A DNA stretch of 64,000 bases from IMG/VR virus record IMGVR_UViG_3300005805_000073, positions 1 to 64,000 of that record. One strand, given 5' to 3'. The position numbers and the translations under genes were made by a program. The notes beneath the pieces were generated by a model. That model was not told the DNA's origin and did no database searches. It was given only the letters and a program-made list of their open reading frames with translations. Positions within the stretch are counted from its first letter, which is position 1, and each line of letters opens with the position of its first letter. This DNA comes from a virus (taxonomy: Duplodnaviria; Caudoviricetes). This document shows, piece by piece, positions 47,452-57,018 of the stretch.

Positions 47452-48460
47452 TTTTATTCTCCTTCATGGGGTTCATATAACATTGTATAGTCTTATTTAT
47501 TCCTTCCTGCAAAGTTGTTTGAGGTAAAATTCCATATTGTGTTTGCCTCTCTGCACCTAAGCAACGAATGGCATCGCCGTTCATCTTAGTAGTGTCCCAA
47601 ACAATCTTCTTTTTCTTTCCTGTGATTTTTTGATACTCATCAACAATGGTTTCAATTGTCTGTTTGATAGTCACAGCCTCACCACATCCAAAATTAATGA
47701 CATCTCGTACTTCCTTCTTTACCACATCAATTGTTGCCTGTGCAACATCGTCTCCAAATACAAAGTCTCTACGAGGAGAACCATCACCCCAGCATACCAT
47801 TTCTTCCTCATCCTGATTGAATAGCTTCCATATATTTGTACTAATAACTGTTGCATCAGGAGCAAAATTATCATGTATACCGTAAATATTAGAAGGACGA
47901 ATGACTGTCCAATTGTCCCAGCCATACTGAACCTTTAAAGCATCCAAAGACAATTCACCCATACGCTTTGACCAACCTGGGTGCCAATCGTTTTTTGAAG
48001 GAGTAGATGCCCAAGTTTCTTCACGATTCCAAGTATCGCCTTCATGCATGATATCTGCTGGCTTATACACACCAACCGATGAAAGATAAACGAACCAATC
48101 TACATTTGCGTCAAATGACGCTTTAATCATATTGGTATTAAACATTAGCATTGGAAAAAGATAATCTGCCGGTCTTGTTGAAGAACGCAAAGGAGATCCT
48201 TTTACACCTGCTATATGTAAAACAACATGAATTTTTTCTTTTTGAAATAATTCCTGACAGTTATTGAGATAAGTTAGGTCCGTTTCAATTAATTTCAATT
48301 GCCCACGACAATCCACTGCCCATTGTTTTATTTCATTTGAAAATTTAAGGTCCACTGCATAGACAGTGTTAGCACCTTCCTCTAAACATTTTCTAACTGT
48401 AGGAGTTCCTACCAATCCGTTAGCACCTGTCACAATTATATTTTTTCCTCTCAGTTCCAT
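47441..48460 (-). CDS. NAD-dependent epimerase/reductase (GDP-L-fucose synthase-like)
   Basis: TGANGLVG, SSVGVY, W.KR..E, RP.NIYG.HDNF and WGDGSPRRDF motifs. Confidence 0.9.
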   Translation of the reverse strand: MELRGKNIIVTGANGLVGTPTVRKCLEEGANTVYAVDLKFSNEIKQWAVDCRGQLKLIETDLTYLNNCQELFQKEKIHVVLHIAGVKGSPLRSSTRPADYLFPMLMFNTNMIKASFDANVDWFVYLSSVGVYKPADIMHEGDTWNREETWASTPSKNDWHPGWSKRMGELSLDALKVQYGWDNWTVIRPSNIYGIHDNFAPDATVISTNIWKLFNQDEEEMVCWGDGSPRRDFVFGDDVAQATIDVVKKEVRDVINFGCGEAVTIKQTIETIVDEYQKITGKKKKIVWDTTKMNGDAIRCLGAERQTQYGILPQTTLQEGINKTIQCYMNPMKENKNAF

Positions 48461-48462
48461 AA

Positions 48463-48672
48463 TTACTCCTGGTAGAATCTACCGTAGTTTATATGACTCC
48501 ATGCTCGCTCAAAAAAATAAAAAGCAAAGAATCCTGTTAAATTCATTAATAATGCATTATTAAAATTAGAACTACTCAAAGATAAACTGAGTATTGCCCA
48601 AGAATTTACAACAGCAACTATTCTCCAAGTTATTGCTTTGAGTGTTGTTCTTTTTTTATTCTCTACTATCAT
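48463..48672 (-). CDS. DUF2061-like small membrane protein
   Basis: R...KAITWR......FFERAW..I.YG motif. Confidence 0.8.
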   Translation of the reverse strand: MIVENKKRTTLKAITWRIVAVVNSWAILSLSLSSSNFNNALLMNLTGFFAFYFFERAWSHINYGRFYQE

Positions 48673-49108
48673 CTTTTTTTAACCAACCATCATCGGCTCT
48701 TTTGTTCCAGCTTATTTCCCAATCTTTAAAATCAGCGGCCAAACAATCTACTTTATAATCTTTTCTACCTCCGACAACCTCCTGAATCACATTTTTAGCT
48801 GTATTGCGAATACCATTTAATCCATGTGTTAGTTCTAGGTTGTTACCATCGCGTATACCACGACGATAATTAGATTCATTATGCCAAATATGAAGGTTCA
48901 TTTGTGATACTACCACAATAGCACGGATAGTTTCAGCTGTGATGGGTTCCTCTGCATCGTTCAAAATTAATTGAATATCATGCACGATATCTTTAATTTC
49001 TTCTGCATACTCCTGCTTATACTCAGGAATGAATACTTCTTTCAACTGTACAATACTTAAACGGTCAATTAAATCACCTAACGTGTGTAGATATTTACGC
49101 TCTGTCAT
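48656..49108 (-). CDS. Hypothetical helical protein (DUF4254-like)
   Basis: TLGDLIDRLSI..LK motif. Confidence 0.55.
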   Translation of the reverse strand: MTERKYLHTLGDLIDRLSIVQLKEVFIPEYKQEYAEEIKDIVHDIQLILNDAEEPITAETIRAIVVVSQMNLHIWHNESNYRRGIRDGNNLELTHGLNGIRNTAKNVIQEVVGGRKDYKVDCLAADFKDWEISWNKRADDGWLKKDDSRE

Positions 49109-50049
49109 AAATTAGTGAAATTCCTATGGTTGTGTGTGATAATGAGTTTATACGCTTCTATAAGTTGCTTGATACCGTAATCTAAATCAAAAACTGGAAA
49201 CCATCCCAAACGTTCCAGTTTTTCATTGGACACAATATAATTTCTCTTGTCAAAATCCTCCTTGAAGTTATCTTGTTTAATAACCAAAGAAGGAATATAT
49301 TGTTTAATTTTTTCTGCCAATTCCAGTTTACTTAAATTAGCAGAAGATAAACCAACATTGAATGCCTGACCTTTGCACTTAGTATAATTTTCAATAACAA
49401 ACTCAAAGGTACGAGCAATATCTCGTATGTGTATATAGTTACGTTTAAAATCAGCCTCAAACAACACTAGGTACCCATCTACCACAGACCTGTATACAAA
49501 ATCATTCACTAACAAATCTTGACGCATTCTTGGCGACACACCAAATACAGTGGCGAGTCGTAAGGATACTCCATTGCCTTTTTTCAACATGGCATTTTCA
49601 GCATCACATTTTGTTTTAGCATATAAAGAAAGAGGGTTAAAAGGGCTCTCCTCAGTGATGATATCATTTGAAGAACCATACTGACTATTAGTGTTAGGTA
49701 GTATTAATTTTTGATGATCCTCTAGAACTTCTAATATATGTTCAATTTGATGAAAATTCAAGTCCATTGCTAGTTGTGGATTCTTATCACAGGCAGGCAT
49801 ACCTACTATAGCTGCCAATGGAATAATAACATCGTGCTGTTTTACTAGGTCTTGTAACATATTTTTGTTACGAACATCCCCTAAAATAAATTTAAACTGT
49901 GGATGTTTGAACAAGTGTAACAAAGACAACTGTTTATAGTGTAGATTATCTAATACTGTAACCGGATATCCCAACGAAAGAAAATGTTCTGTTATTACCG
50001 TTCCTAGATATCCTGCTCCGCCTGTAATTAATATTCTATTCTGTACCAT
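49105..50049 (-). CDS. NAD-dependent epimerase/dehydratase
   Basis: TGGAGYLG, LAAIVG.PAC, YA.TK, RLATVFG.SPRMR.DLLVN and D.RNY motifs. Confidence 0.92.
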   Translation of the reverse strand: MVQNRILITGGAGYLGTVITEHFLSLGYPVTVLDNLHYKQLSLLHLFKHPQFKFILGDVRNKNMLQDLVKQHDVIIPLAAIVGMPACDKNPQLAMDLNFHQIEHILEVLEDHQKLILPNTNSQYGSSNDIITEESPFNPLSLYAKTKCDAENAMLKKGNGVSLRLATVFGVSPRMRQDLLVNDFVYRSVVDGYLVLFEADFKRNYIHIRDIARTFEFVIENYTKCKGQAFNVGLSSANLSKLELAEKIKQYIPSLVIKQDNFKEDFDKRNYIVSNEKLERLGWFPVFDLDYGIKQLIEAYKLIITHNHRNFTNL

Positions 50050-51397
50050 AAACATACCTGTTAATATTGTCACGAAACATTGTTTTATCAGCAAAGGTTA
50101 AAAGATGATTTCTATTATGTATCAGTACTTCAGATATTGAATTATACCAGTCATGAATTTCAGATAAACTTTTGCTAGATAATCTATCAATTTCTGAACA
50201 TAACATTAAGTATCGTTTATCCCCGCTCTTTTCATTATCGTAGCTTTCATCTATAAAAGGATGAAAAGTTTTAAATCCTAAATTTTGTAAATATTTCAAA
50301 TATCCATGCGCACCGAAAACAATGAATGGTTGAAGCACCACCATAGGATTAAATATTTTTTCAGTTATAAAAATATCATGGTCAAAATTTGTTTCTGTAA
50401 CAATATGTATATAAGAATCTAAATAAACCTCTTTTTTGAATGCTCGAAAAGATTCGAAAGATTCTTTATCATTTGAATTTTGTGTATCAAACTCAATAGG
50501 TATTTTATTGATAAAACTCATTGCCGATAATACAATTTTTTTATTGAATTCTGGATCCGATGTTTTATATACAGGAACTCCATTATCAGGTACTCGAAGA
50601 AAACTAGCATAGATATTTTCCCATAAATTCCTACTTTCAAAAAAACAACCTATTGTAAATCTGTGAGCTTTTGCAGAATTTCTATTTGGACATACAAAAT
50701 GTTTACCTCGTAGCTTATCAGAAAAAACTTCATGTTCAGAAAACCAGGTAGTTTCATAACCTAAAGCATGATTTGGATTATATTTCAATTCTTTAGCTTT
50801 TTTTGCGGTACTAAGAATAAGATTATCTTCAAAGAAGAATTTGAAGTTATAGCGTTTCACCGTAGGATGTAAGTCATATAAATTGGATGTACCTACAAAA
50901 AATATAAAATTATCTTCATCTAATCCTAGAGATTTTATTTCTTTGGAGAACTCCTGCAAAAAATACATATCAGAAAATGGTTCATGAGAATAGTTAATCA
51001 CGAAAGTTAACTTACCCTTTTTAGCAAGTGTAACTGCCATTTCAGACACATTATCAACAAAAGATGTAGTATAAAACTCTCCAAACTTATTTTTTTCTCT
51101 ATAAGTTTTTAAAAGTCTCCTATGATTTCCAAAAATTTCTATGGGATAGAAATAGGTGTCATTATCAGAAAGAACATCGGTTTTTTCTAAAACAATTATA
51201 TTTTCCCATGTTACCATGTTACCACAAAATTCAGAATGGCAAGTATGCAGAAAAAAATCTTGGGTGTTGTAGTCAAAGTTGTAATGTGGATATTTCTCTA
51301 CATCTAAGGAATTATGTTTTCTAACCGCATCACTCCAAAGATTGGGAAATGGAATTTTTCTTCCTGCATCAAAAAAATCATACACGTATTTTATCAT
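50036..51397 (-). CDS. Putative glycosyltransferase (GT10-like), paralog 3
   Basis: SYIHIVTETNF...FITEKIFNP...QPFIVFG...L..LGFKTF...DESYD. Confidence 0.5.
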   Translation of the reverse strand: MIKYVYDFFDAGRKIPFPNLWSDAVRKHNSLDVEKYPHYNFDYNTQDFFLHTCHSEFCGNMVTWENIIVLEKTDVLSDNDTYFYPIEIFGNHRRLLKTYREKNKFGEFYTTSFVDNVSEMAVTLAKKGKLTFVINYSHEPFSDMYFLQEFSKEIKSLGLDEDNFIFFVGTSNLYDLHPTVKRYNFKFFFEDNLILSTAKKAKELKYNPNHALGYETTWFSEHEVFSDKLRGKHFVCPNRNSAKAHRFTIGCFFESRNLWENIYASFLRVPDNGVPVYKTSDPEFNKKIVLSAMSFINKIPIEFDTQNSNDKESFESFRAFKKEVYLDSYIHIVTETNFDHDIFITEKIFNPMVVLQPFIVFGAHGYLKYLQNLGFKTFHPFIDESYDNEKSGDKRYLMLCSEIDRLSSKSLSEIHDWYNSISEVLIHNRNHLLTFADKTMFRDNINRYVYGTE

Positions 51398-52845
51398 AAA
51401 ACCTTTACGTTATATTTTTCACTAAATTCAATGGCATCTTTTCTGTTATTCACCATGGGCTTGCCTTTGATGTTCAAGCTGGTGTTCAACACCATGGGAC
51501 ACCCTGTTTCACGATACCATTCTTGAAGAAATTCATAGAAATCAGGAGAATCCGTTTTGGATACTGTTTGTACTCTGGAAGTTCCATCAGCATGAATAAT
51601 GGCAGGGAAGGCTAATGGATGTTTACACACGGCCGTGTATTGCATATACGGGCTTTCTGCTGTAGGCATATGAAAATATTCATGTGCATGTTCAGCTAGG
51701 ATGGCAGGTGCAAATGGACGGAACTTCTGACGTTTCTTGATGGCATTCACCTTGTCTTTGATGTCATCACCACGTGGGTCAGCCAACAAACTTCTATGAC
51801 CTAGTGCTCTGGGACCGAACTCAGCTCTTCCGGATGCCACACCTGCAATTTTATCTTGTTGCAATGTTTCAATTAATTGTTCTGTGGGATATTTTATACC
51901 CATATCATAACCAAGATATGGCCCATGCCAATTTAAAAATTCTTGTTGATGTGCTGTGATTGCACCCAAACTATTGCCAGCATCTCCTGGATTTGGCATG
52001 ATCCAAACTCTTTCAAAATACTGAAAGGCTATGCTATTAGCCACACAATTTAAAGCACACCCCCCGCCTAATACTAGATTTTTGCTGCCAGTCAATTTCT
52101 TAGCTTCATCTAATAAATCATGCAGATACAGCTCATATACGAATTGTGTGGCAGCAGCAATATCATACATATCTTGTTCAGTATGTAACTCAGGTCTCCA
52201 CCACATACAACCACGATGAAGATTATGATTGAATTTTAGAATATGTCGGCTGTCAAAAAAATCTTCCAGAATCATGGCTGTGTATTTCAACGGGTCACCA
52301 TAGGCTGCCATGCCCATCAAGATGTATTCTTCTTCATTGGGTTTCAATCCCACACGTTGCGTCATGGCTGAGTACCACAGCCCCAAACTATGTGGATATT
52401 TGATGGAAAACTTCTTTTCCAACTTGGTTCCCTTGCCATGCCAGATGGAGGTGGTGTCAAACTCACCAATGGCATCAATTACCAACACAGCGGCTTCATC
52501 AAAATTGCTGGTGTAGTATCCGCCGGCTGCGTGACTATGATGGTGGTCCACTGTGATGACAGGTGCCGTGATGCCATAGTTCCGAACATATTGTTTGGCA
52601 TTATTGTTCACCCAACCTTGTCCAGCCTGGAGTTGGCGTAGTGACTTCATGAGAGGTCGTTCATACCAGACCACTTCATCAGGTTCACCATATCTATAGG
52701 CATCTGCCACGATGTACGCATTTAGATGAGCGTCATTCTTCACACCAGAATATCGTTCTGATTGTGAGGCAAACAATATCTCCTTGTCTTGCACCACCGT
52801 GATGGCAGCATCATGGCTATTAGCCGAAATTCCCCAAATAATCAT
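51394..52845 (-). CDS. Carbamoyltransferase (NodU/CmcH family)
   Basis: SHDAA, HH.SHAA, DAIGE, GGCALNC.AN, EFGPRALG.RS and NTSLN motifs. Confidence 0.95.
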   Translation of the reverse strand: MIIWGISANSHDAAITVVQDKEILFASQSERYSGVKNDAHLNAYIVADAYRYGEPDEVVWYERPLMKSLRQLQAGQGWVNNNAKQYVRNYGITAPVITVDHHHSHAAGGYYTSNFDEAAVLVIDAIGEFDTTSIWHGKGTKLEKKFSIKYPHSLGLWYSAMTQRVGLKPNEEEYILMGMAAYGDPLKYTAMILEDFFDSRHILKFNHNLHRGCMWWRPELHTEQDMYDIAAATQFVYELYLHDLLDEAKKLTGSKNLVLGGGCALNCVANSIAFQYFERVWIMPNPGDAGNSLGAITAHQQEFLNWHGPYLGYDMGIKYPTEQLIETLQQDKIAGVASGRAEFGPRALGHRSLLADPRGDDIKDKVNAIKKRQKFRPFAPAILAEHAHEYFHMPTAESPYMQYTAVCKHPLAFPAIIHADGTSRVQTVSKTDSPDFYEFLQEWYRETGCPMVLNTSLNIKGKPMVNNRKDAIEFSEKYNVKVL

Positions 52846-54287
52846 TGTATTTTAAGTGTGACTTCCTCTTCATTCGGTAAAACTGTTTCCTTGCAGTAAT
52901 GATAAAAGTCTGTATATTCTGGAAACACTTCAAGGAAATTTGTATCTCGGCGCTTATCATACTCATCAACAAACATAGCAAAATTTTTTCTGGCCCGCAA
53001 ATTCTTTAAAGAATTTCCCATTTGTTCAGCACACAAATTATATAACCTGTGCATTCTATGTATCTCATGGTCGTAAAATCCCTTATTAATAAGAGGGAAC
53101 CATGTGGTTTCTTCGTGATTTCTAAACATAAATGTCACACAATCTTCGAGGTGCTTTAAAAAGTTTTCCGTAGCAATCCAAGGAGCAAGAAATTCTGGAT
53201 GTCGCAGATAAGGTGTGTCTACACTCAAAGGTAAAAGACGGTCAGGAGTTCCATATGTGTTTTTAATTTCTAGCATGTCTGCCAAGAAATCTTTAAACGT
53301 GGTTATAGATAATAAATTAAAGGTAGACATAATTGTAACCCTAGAATTTTCCACACGTTGTAGAATCTTATGTATATTCTTTAACCAGTAATCATAATTC
53401 AGTCCAAAACGAATATACTCAGCTTTTTTACCATATGCCTCACAACTAGTAAACACATTGATAGTTTTAACTGACTTATTTTCACTAATTATCTCCAACT
53501 TTTCGATGAATTTTTCAATAATTTCAGGGGGACTGCCTAAATTGGAGTTGATGGAAAATTCTAATTGTGGTTGTGGATTTTCAATCAAAAAGTCCAATAC
53601 CTTAAATGTGTTTTTACTTAAAAGAGGTTCTCCCCCTGTAATACGAAATGTGTGCATCTTCTTCACTGCATCTGGCCACCATTGCCAAAATGCTTCGATG
53701 TAGGGATTTTCTTCACTTTGTAAAATAGGTAGCCCTTTACCTCGTTCTAAATCACTTATGTCATTAAATGATCCCCCAAGAAGAGGATATGGACCATGCT
53801 GCTTAATCTCCTGCATCCATGTAGTAGAATATAAGGGAGAACAATAGGCACATTTAAAATTACAGGTGGTGTCGAAATCTACTTCCACGTATGTAGGGAC
53901 TACATCAGCGTCCCATGGCATTTTTGCTATTTCTCTTAGATGAGGTGCTGCCCAAAATTCTGAACTTTTTGTGATACGGTCACTGTAAACATTTTCTTGC
54001 CCTTTGGTAGCATCTTCCACCCGCCAGCAATAATCACATTCACCTGGGCGTTCTCCCTCCAACATCTGCTTTCTAAGTTCTTTCTTATACTCCGTATTGT
54101 GTAGAGCTGATGGATTTTTCTTTAGCTCATCTAATGGAATTAAGTGCACTTTAGGATGGTGACAACTATGATTTGTCCCAGTACTCAAATGTAATGTTAC
54201 TTGTAGCCATTTGGCTGCACAAAAAGAGGGACTGATGGCTTCAAGATGTCTTTTGGTGCCTTCAAAAATTGTAAGAGCCTGCTTCAT
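52842..54287 (-). CDS. Radical SAM enzyme with N-terminal twitch-like domain (3)
   Basis: FCAAKW...SCHHP...CDYCW, then CNFKCAYC and TGGEPLL motifs. Confidence 0.92.
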   Translation of the reverse strand: MKQALTIFEGTKRHLEAISPSFCAAKWLQVTLHLSTGTNHSCHHPKVHLIPLDELKKNPSALHNTEYKKELRKQMLEGERPGECDYCWRVEDATKGQENVYSDRITKSSEFWAAPHLREIAKMPWDADVVPTYVEVDFDTTCNFKCAYCSPLYSTTWMQEIKQHGPYPLLGGSFNDISDLERGKGLPILQSEENPYIEAFWQWWPDAVKKMHTFRITGGEPLLSKNTFKVLDFLIENPQPQLEFSINSNLGSPPEIIEKFIEKLEIISENKSVKTINVFTSCEAYGKKAEYIRFGLNYDYWLKNIHKILQRVENSRVTIMSTFNLLSITTFKDFLADMLEIKNTYGTPDRLLPLSVDTPYLRHPEFLAPWIATENFLKHLEDCVTFMFRNHEETTWFPLINKGFYDHEIHRMHRLYNLCAEQMGNSLKNLRARKNFAMFVDEYDKRRDTNFLEVFPEYTDFYHYCKETVLPNEEEVTLKIQ

Positions 54288-54301
54288 AATATCCTCAAAA
54301 G

Positions 54302-54949
54302 TTAATTTTTATATCCTATTGTCATATATCTGTGAAATTGTGTACAATCCAAGGACTTGGTATATACTATTCTTTTCAAAGAATGTACCTCATTAAATTC
54401 GTATAAGGTATTTTGACAACGTATGTGGTCAGCACAATTGTAGAAATTATTTCCTTGTAAAACAATAGGAACGTCCTCTGGAACATCTTTTAACCAAAAA
54501 TTATAATCTTCTTGCGTCATATGTTCGGTACTAGTGTTAGCTATGACCGATACATTTTTATAATTGGTAAAAAATTTTGCATTTAAGGTATAGAATTTTA
54601 TTCTAGAATCCTCGCCGCACAATCTTTTTCCTATAAATTCACATTCTGGGTCAACATCAACACTAAACACTTTGTCTAGTTTAAAATTGTCTACTAGTAG
54701 TTGTGGCAACAGACCGTACCAACCACCAATAACACAAGCATTTCCTGCCATATCAGGAAAATAGTTTTTCAGAACATTTATTAACCAGGCCTTGCTGCGT
54801 ACTTGACTAGACCAAAAATTTTCTAGAATACGAAATTGTGTTTTGGAGCTATTACCTTCAGTTCTGATTAAATCCATCCAATTAATGATTCTTTTACTTG
54901 AAATGTTAATCGAATCAAAAAAATCTGCATCTAATTCTTGTAGGTTCAT
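54302..54949 (-). CDS. Putative class I SAM-dependent methyltransferase
   Basis: VIGGWYG...VD.DP glycine loop and acidic strand; NTSTEH motif. Confidence 0.6.
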   Translation of the reverse strand: MNLQELDADFFDSINISSKRIINWMDLIRTEGNSSKTQFRILENFWSSQVRSKAWLINVLKNYFPDMAGNACVIGGWYGLLPQLLVDNFKLDKVFSVDVDPECEFIGKRLCGEDSRIKFYTLNAKFFTNYKNVSVIANTSTEHMTQEDYNFWLKDVPEDVPIVLQGNNFYNCADHIRCQNTLYEFNEVHSLKRIVYTKSLDCTQFHRYMTIGYKN

Positions 54950-54952
54950 AAT

Positions 54953-55066
54953 TTAATGATAGATGAAAGGATCTCGCTTCTTCAATTCTTCAAGTTTTCT
55001 CTTGGTTTTGTATGCCATCAACTTTTTCAACAGCACATCTACAATTTTATCAATAATTTTCATCAT
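54953..55066 (-). CDS. Small basic hypothetical protein (37 aa); not in the ORF track
   Basis: MMKIIDKIVDVLLKKLMAYKTKRKLEELKKRDPFIYH*; overlaps the guaC stop. Confidence 0.7.
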   Translation of the reverse strand: MMKIIDKIVDVLLKKLMAYKTKRKLEELKKRDPFIYH

Positions 55067-56082
55067 CGCACCGTGTATTGCTCCAATGAGCGGTTCAGTT
55101 GGTTGTTTACTTGTATGAATTGTGACTTTTCGGACAATTCAGAAATATTTAGTGCTCCTACATAGGCACAAGTGGAACGAATTCCACCCAAAATATCAGA
55201 AATGGTGTGTTCCACCAAGCCTTTGTATGGGATTTGTACCACTCTACCCTCGGAAGCACGGTATTTCTTCACTTGATTGTGTCGCTGTTGGGCTGCATGA
55301 CTGCTCATCCCGTAAAAAGTGACTTTTCCATCACGAATTTCCTGTTCCGACTCATCATGACCGGCAAAAATACTGCCGGCCATCACCATTTTAGCTCCCA
55401 CAGCCAAAGCTTTTGAGAAATCTCCGGGAAAAACACAACCTCCATCACTTTGCACCCCACCTCCCACCTCTTCAGCGGCAGGAACACACTCCATGAGAGC
55501 GGAAAATTGAGGATATCCCACACCTGCCACACGCCGAGTGGTGCAAACAGCGCCAGTCCCAATGCCAACCCGAGCCAAATCAGCTCCAGATGTGATGCAA
55601 CGTTGAACTGCTTCAGGTGTCACCACGGTTCCTGCCATGATGAAGGCATCTGGAACACATTCTCTAACCTTTTCAATGAAATTATAGAAAGGATTCATGT
55701 ATCCATTAGCCACATCAATGACAATTTTTGGAATGAAGTTGGGAATTCTGTCCTTCCAGGTACTAATAATGGCATCTGCTTGGTTCAATTCACCATCATT
55801 CATGCCAATGGTGATGAACGCATGGCTGACATCCTGTTGATGCACCCAATCTGCCAAGGTGTGATGCTTGGTGATGGCAGTAAATGCACCGAATTTCTTC
55901 AAGGCATGATGCATGCTGAACGTACCCACACCATCCATGTTGGCAACAATCACGGGAACACCGGTGATAGATGCTCCCCAACGACCTGAAATCGTTGTGG
56001 ATACATCCACCTGGCTTCTGGAAGTGATATCCGAGAATTGTGGCACAATCAACACATCATCAAAATCCAACTTCACCGTCAT
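55063..56082 (-). CDS. guaC: GMP reductase
   Basis: LDFDDVLI.P, ANMDGVGTF, DVANGY, VGIG.GAVCTTR...GVGYPQ.SA, SDGG and ASEGR motifs. Confidence 0.95.
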   Translation of the reverse strand: MTVKLDFDDVLIVPQFSDITSRSQVDVSTTISGRWGASITGVPVIVANMDGVGTFSMHHALKKFGAFTAITKHHTLADWVHQQDVSHAFITIGMNDGELNQADAIISTWKDRIPNFIPKIVIDVANGYMNPFYNFIEKVRECVPDAFIMAGTVVTPEAVQRCITSGADLARVGIGTGAVCTTRRVAGVGYPQFSALMECVPAAEEVGGGVQSDGGCVFPGDFSKALAVGAKMVMAGSIFAGHDESEQEIRDGKVTFYGMSSHAAQQRHNQVKKYRASEGRVVQIPYKGLVEHTISDILGGIRSTCAYVGALNISELSEKSQFIQVNNQLNRSLEQYTVR

Positions 56083-56083
56083 A

Positions 56084-56344
56084 TTATAGAACCTTTTTAG
56101 TTACTGTCTCGTAAAGCTTTTCAAAATCCTTATGCAATTCCACTTCTTCATTAAAATTTCCCTTGTGATAGGTGCGCGCCAGCTTATTCAACACCTTCCG
56201 ATTCAGTTGCAAAGCATCACAAATGTCATCCTTTAGATTTTTAATGAGGTCTCGTTCTGCCTCAACACGGGACATACTGGCGGAAATTTCCTTTAATGCA
56301 TCAAGTAGCTTAAGTTTTTCTTCAGGGGTTGCAGTCAAGTTCAT
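56084..56344 (-). CDS. T4 DsbA-like dsDNA-binding protein
   Basis: K..NKLA.TYHK.N..EE......LYE.V motif; 86 aa. Confidence 0.7.
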   Translation of the reverse strand: MNLTATPEEKLKLLDALKEISASMSRVEAERDLIKNLKDDICDALQLNRKVLNKLARTYHKGNFNEEVELHKDFEKLYETVTKKVL

Positions 56345-56831
56345 TGTTTATTTTCCTCAAGTCAAAGTTGGGTCCTGGGTCATGTTTTCTCCCTCTGGGC
56401 CATGCAATTTCTGCATGTGTAAGTATGGGATAGTTGTTTGAATCAGGATACCGTAAGTTAATATAATCTAATAATTTTTTCAAGCCCTTATATTGATTAC
56501 AGGTGTATTCCATGAAATTTACGCCCTGTAATGCTATACCTATACTAAAATTGTTCCAACCTGATATACCATTCCAGGAAGTAATGCCTGCATGTTTTGC
56601 GACATACCGTAAATCCATAAATTGATGTATGGAGCCGTCACGTTGTATGAAATAGTGGTATGCCAATTTTCTTGTCCTGAGAACCAGTCTCGTACTAATG
56701 GCATTTAAATTTCCTCCGTCATTATGTATCACAATGTAATTACGTGTAGTGTCGCGTGGTGTTTTACTCGGCAAGAAATTCTTTGTTACCGCTGGTGCTT
56801 GGAGTTGTAGTATCAGTAGTAGTTGTAGCAT
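56322..56831 (-). CDS. N-acetylmuramoyl-L-alanine amidase (Amidase_2)
   Basis: IVIH, HYFI.RDG.I, A.HAG, N..SIGI and H..I...RK.DPG motifs; AAGGAGG RBS. Confidence 0.92.
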   Translation of the reverse strand: MLQLLLILQLQAPAVTKNFLPSKTPRDTTRNYIVIHNDGGNLNAISTRLVLRTRKLAYHYFIQRDGSIHQFMDLRYVAKHAGITSWNGISGWNNFSIGIALQGVNFMEYTCNQYKGLKKLLDYINLRYPDSNNYPILTHAEIAWPRGRKHDPGPNFDLRKINNELDCNP

Positions 56832-57018
56832 GGAGTTCCTCCTTGTCTGGTACGATGAACCATGCTATAACATAACCTAATATTGCTGGGAATGGAGTCC
56901 AAATAGCGGCCACCCACACAAAACGTATTAGTGTGACATCTATCTCCCACATATCGCTCAATCCTGCACACAGTCCACCTAGTTTGCCCTTCTTTTTGTC
57001 ACGATACCAACGCTTCAT
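56764..57018 (-). CDS. PspC-domain membrane protein
   Basis: YRD...GKLGGLCAGL...D.TLIR....(TM)..Y..AW..VP motif. Confidence 0.9.
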   Translation of the reverse strand: MKRWYRDKKKGKLGGLCAGLSDMWEIDVTLIRFVWVAAIWTPFPAILGYVIAWFIVPDKEELHATTTTDTTTPSTSGNKEFLAE

